This document shows, piece after piece, positions 63,140-64,000 of a stretch of DNA of 64,000 bases (within the stretch, counting starts at the first letter, position 1; the number at the start of each line of letters is the position of its first letter). The notes below the pieces were generated by a model. It was not told where the DNA came from, made no database searches, and saw only the letters and a list, made by a program, of their open reading frames with translations. Location: NCBI GenBank assembly GCA_034667725.1, contig JAXDQS010000010.1, forward strand, positions 352,001 to 416,000, in the 5' to 3' direction. This DNA is from Thermoplasmata archaeon (GTDB lineage Archaea; Thermoplasmatota; E2; JACPAO01; JAHFTW01). The position numbers and the translations under genes are program-made.

Positions 63140-64000
63140 TCAGGGCTCCGGCACCCCGAACTTCCCCGCCAGCCGCGAGCCCTTCGGCCACCCGCCGGAC
63201 TGGGCAGGGTCCTCGATCCCGGGCCGGATCGAGCCCGTGGGGCACACGTCGAAGCAGGCGCCGTCGGCGATGCACAAGTCGCGGTCGACGCGCGCCATGT
63301 CGGTGACGATGGCGGCGTCGGTCGGGCACGCCGCCTGGCAGCCGTTGCACACGATGCAGTCGGCCGCGAGCACCCAGGCCTTCTTCGTCTCCGGGACCTT
63401 CGCCGCGAACGCCTTCACGGCCTGCACGTCCTTCGGGTTGCCCGTGAACTTGCCGCCGACCTCCTCGGGCGCGATCGCCTTCGCGCCGGGCTGGGTGGCG
63501 GGCGTCGGCGGCGCCTGCGTCGCGGCGGGCGCCTTGGTCTCCTTGACGGTGACCACCGGCGCCGCGGGGGCGGGCGCGGCCGGCGTCGGCATCGGGGTCG
63601 GCGCGGGCGGGCCCTGCACCGGCACGGCCGGCTTCGCGACGGCCGGCGCCGGCGCCGCGGCCTTGGCGCCCGACTTGGCGGCGCGCTCCGCGGCCGCCTG
63701 CCGGTCGGCGTCCAAGGTGTCCTTGGTCGGGACCATCCACTTGGCGCCCTTCAGGCTGCGCGCCTTGGCTTCGCGGATGAGGGCGTCGACGTGGCCCTTC
63801 CAGTCGCCGACGATGCCGAGGTCAGCGTAGCTGAAGATGGGCGCGTTCGGGTCGGAGTTGATGGCGAGGATGGTGCCCGATTCCTTCATGCCCTCGATGT
63901 GCTGGATGGCGCCGCTGATGCCCACCGCGATGTACAGCTTGGGGCGGACGCTGACGCCGGTCTGGCCGACTTGGCGGCTGCGCTCGATCCAGCCCTTGTC
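63140..64000 (-). CDS. etfA: Electron transfer flavoprotein alpha subunit with C-terminal 2[4Fe-4S] ferredoxin; 5'-truncated by window edge
   Basis: [41 protein letters not shown]; Pro/Ala linker; [12 protein letters not shown] and [12 protein letters not shown]. Confidence 0.9.
   Translation of the reverse strand, partial: DKGWIERSRQVGQTGVSVRPKLYIAVGISGAIQHIEGMKESGTILAINSDPNAPIFSYADLGIVGDWKGHVDALIREAKARSLKGAKWMVPTKDTLDADRQAAAERAAKSGAKAAAPAPAVAKPAVPVQGPPAPTPMPTPAAPAPAAPVVTVKETKAPAATQAPPTPATQPGAKAIAPEEVGGKFTGNPKDVQAVKAFAAKVPETKKAWVLAADCIVCNGCQAACPTDAAIVTDMARVDRDLCIADGACFDVCPTGSIRPGIEDPAQSGGWPKGSRLAGKFGVPEP

Overview
Very GC-rich archaeal chromosomal segment. Archaeal markers include TFE, aTrm56, HTH-riboflavin kinase, pantoate kinase, ATP-dependent ligase, aCPSF1/FttA, proteasome beta and UPF0179. 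The gene mix suggests a high-GC Thermoplasmatota-like euryarchaeon (inference). Housekeeping blocks: a glycosylation cluster (GT4/GT2/flippase/FkbM), ribK-trm56-tfe-HD, an Hjc-like nuclease coupled to a MutS-family ATPase, cyanophycinase, 2-oxoacid:ferredoxin oxidoreductase, pepA, a purN-folC-pabB/A-pabC-folP operon, PoK-coaBC, ligase, psmB-aCPSF1, thiolase with a DUF35-like partner, a homocitrate-synthase-like gene, purH and an ETF-alpha/ferredoxin fusion. Many orphan secreted proteins and lipoproteins lie between these blocks. No tRNA, rRNA, CRISPR array, transposase or integrase was recognised. Most interesting signals: (1) a structured 530-bp intergenic region at the aCPSF1 3' end (42520-43077) with palindromic ~72-bp repeats, an exact 51-bp direct repeat, GNA-triloop hairpins and a synonymously recoded copy of the gene's last codons, resembling a site-specific mini-element or integration scar; (2) four 'secreted Cys-containing protein + membrane-anchored partner' cassettes, one with an ETX/aerolysin-like hairpin, as candidate toxin-immunity pairs; (3) a membrane-tethered winged-helix regulator operon; (4) the Hjc-like nuclease/MutS pair. 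All assignments come from motif recognition by eye; no searches were run.
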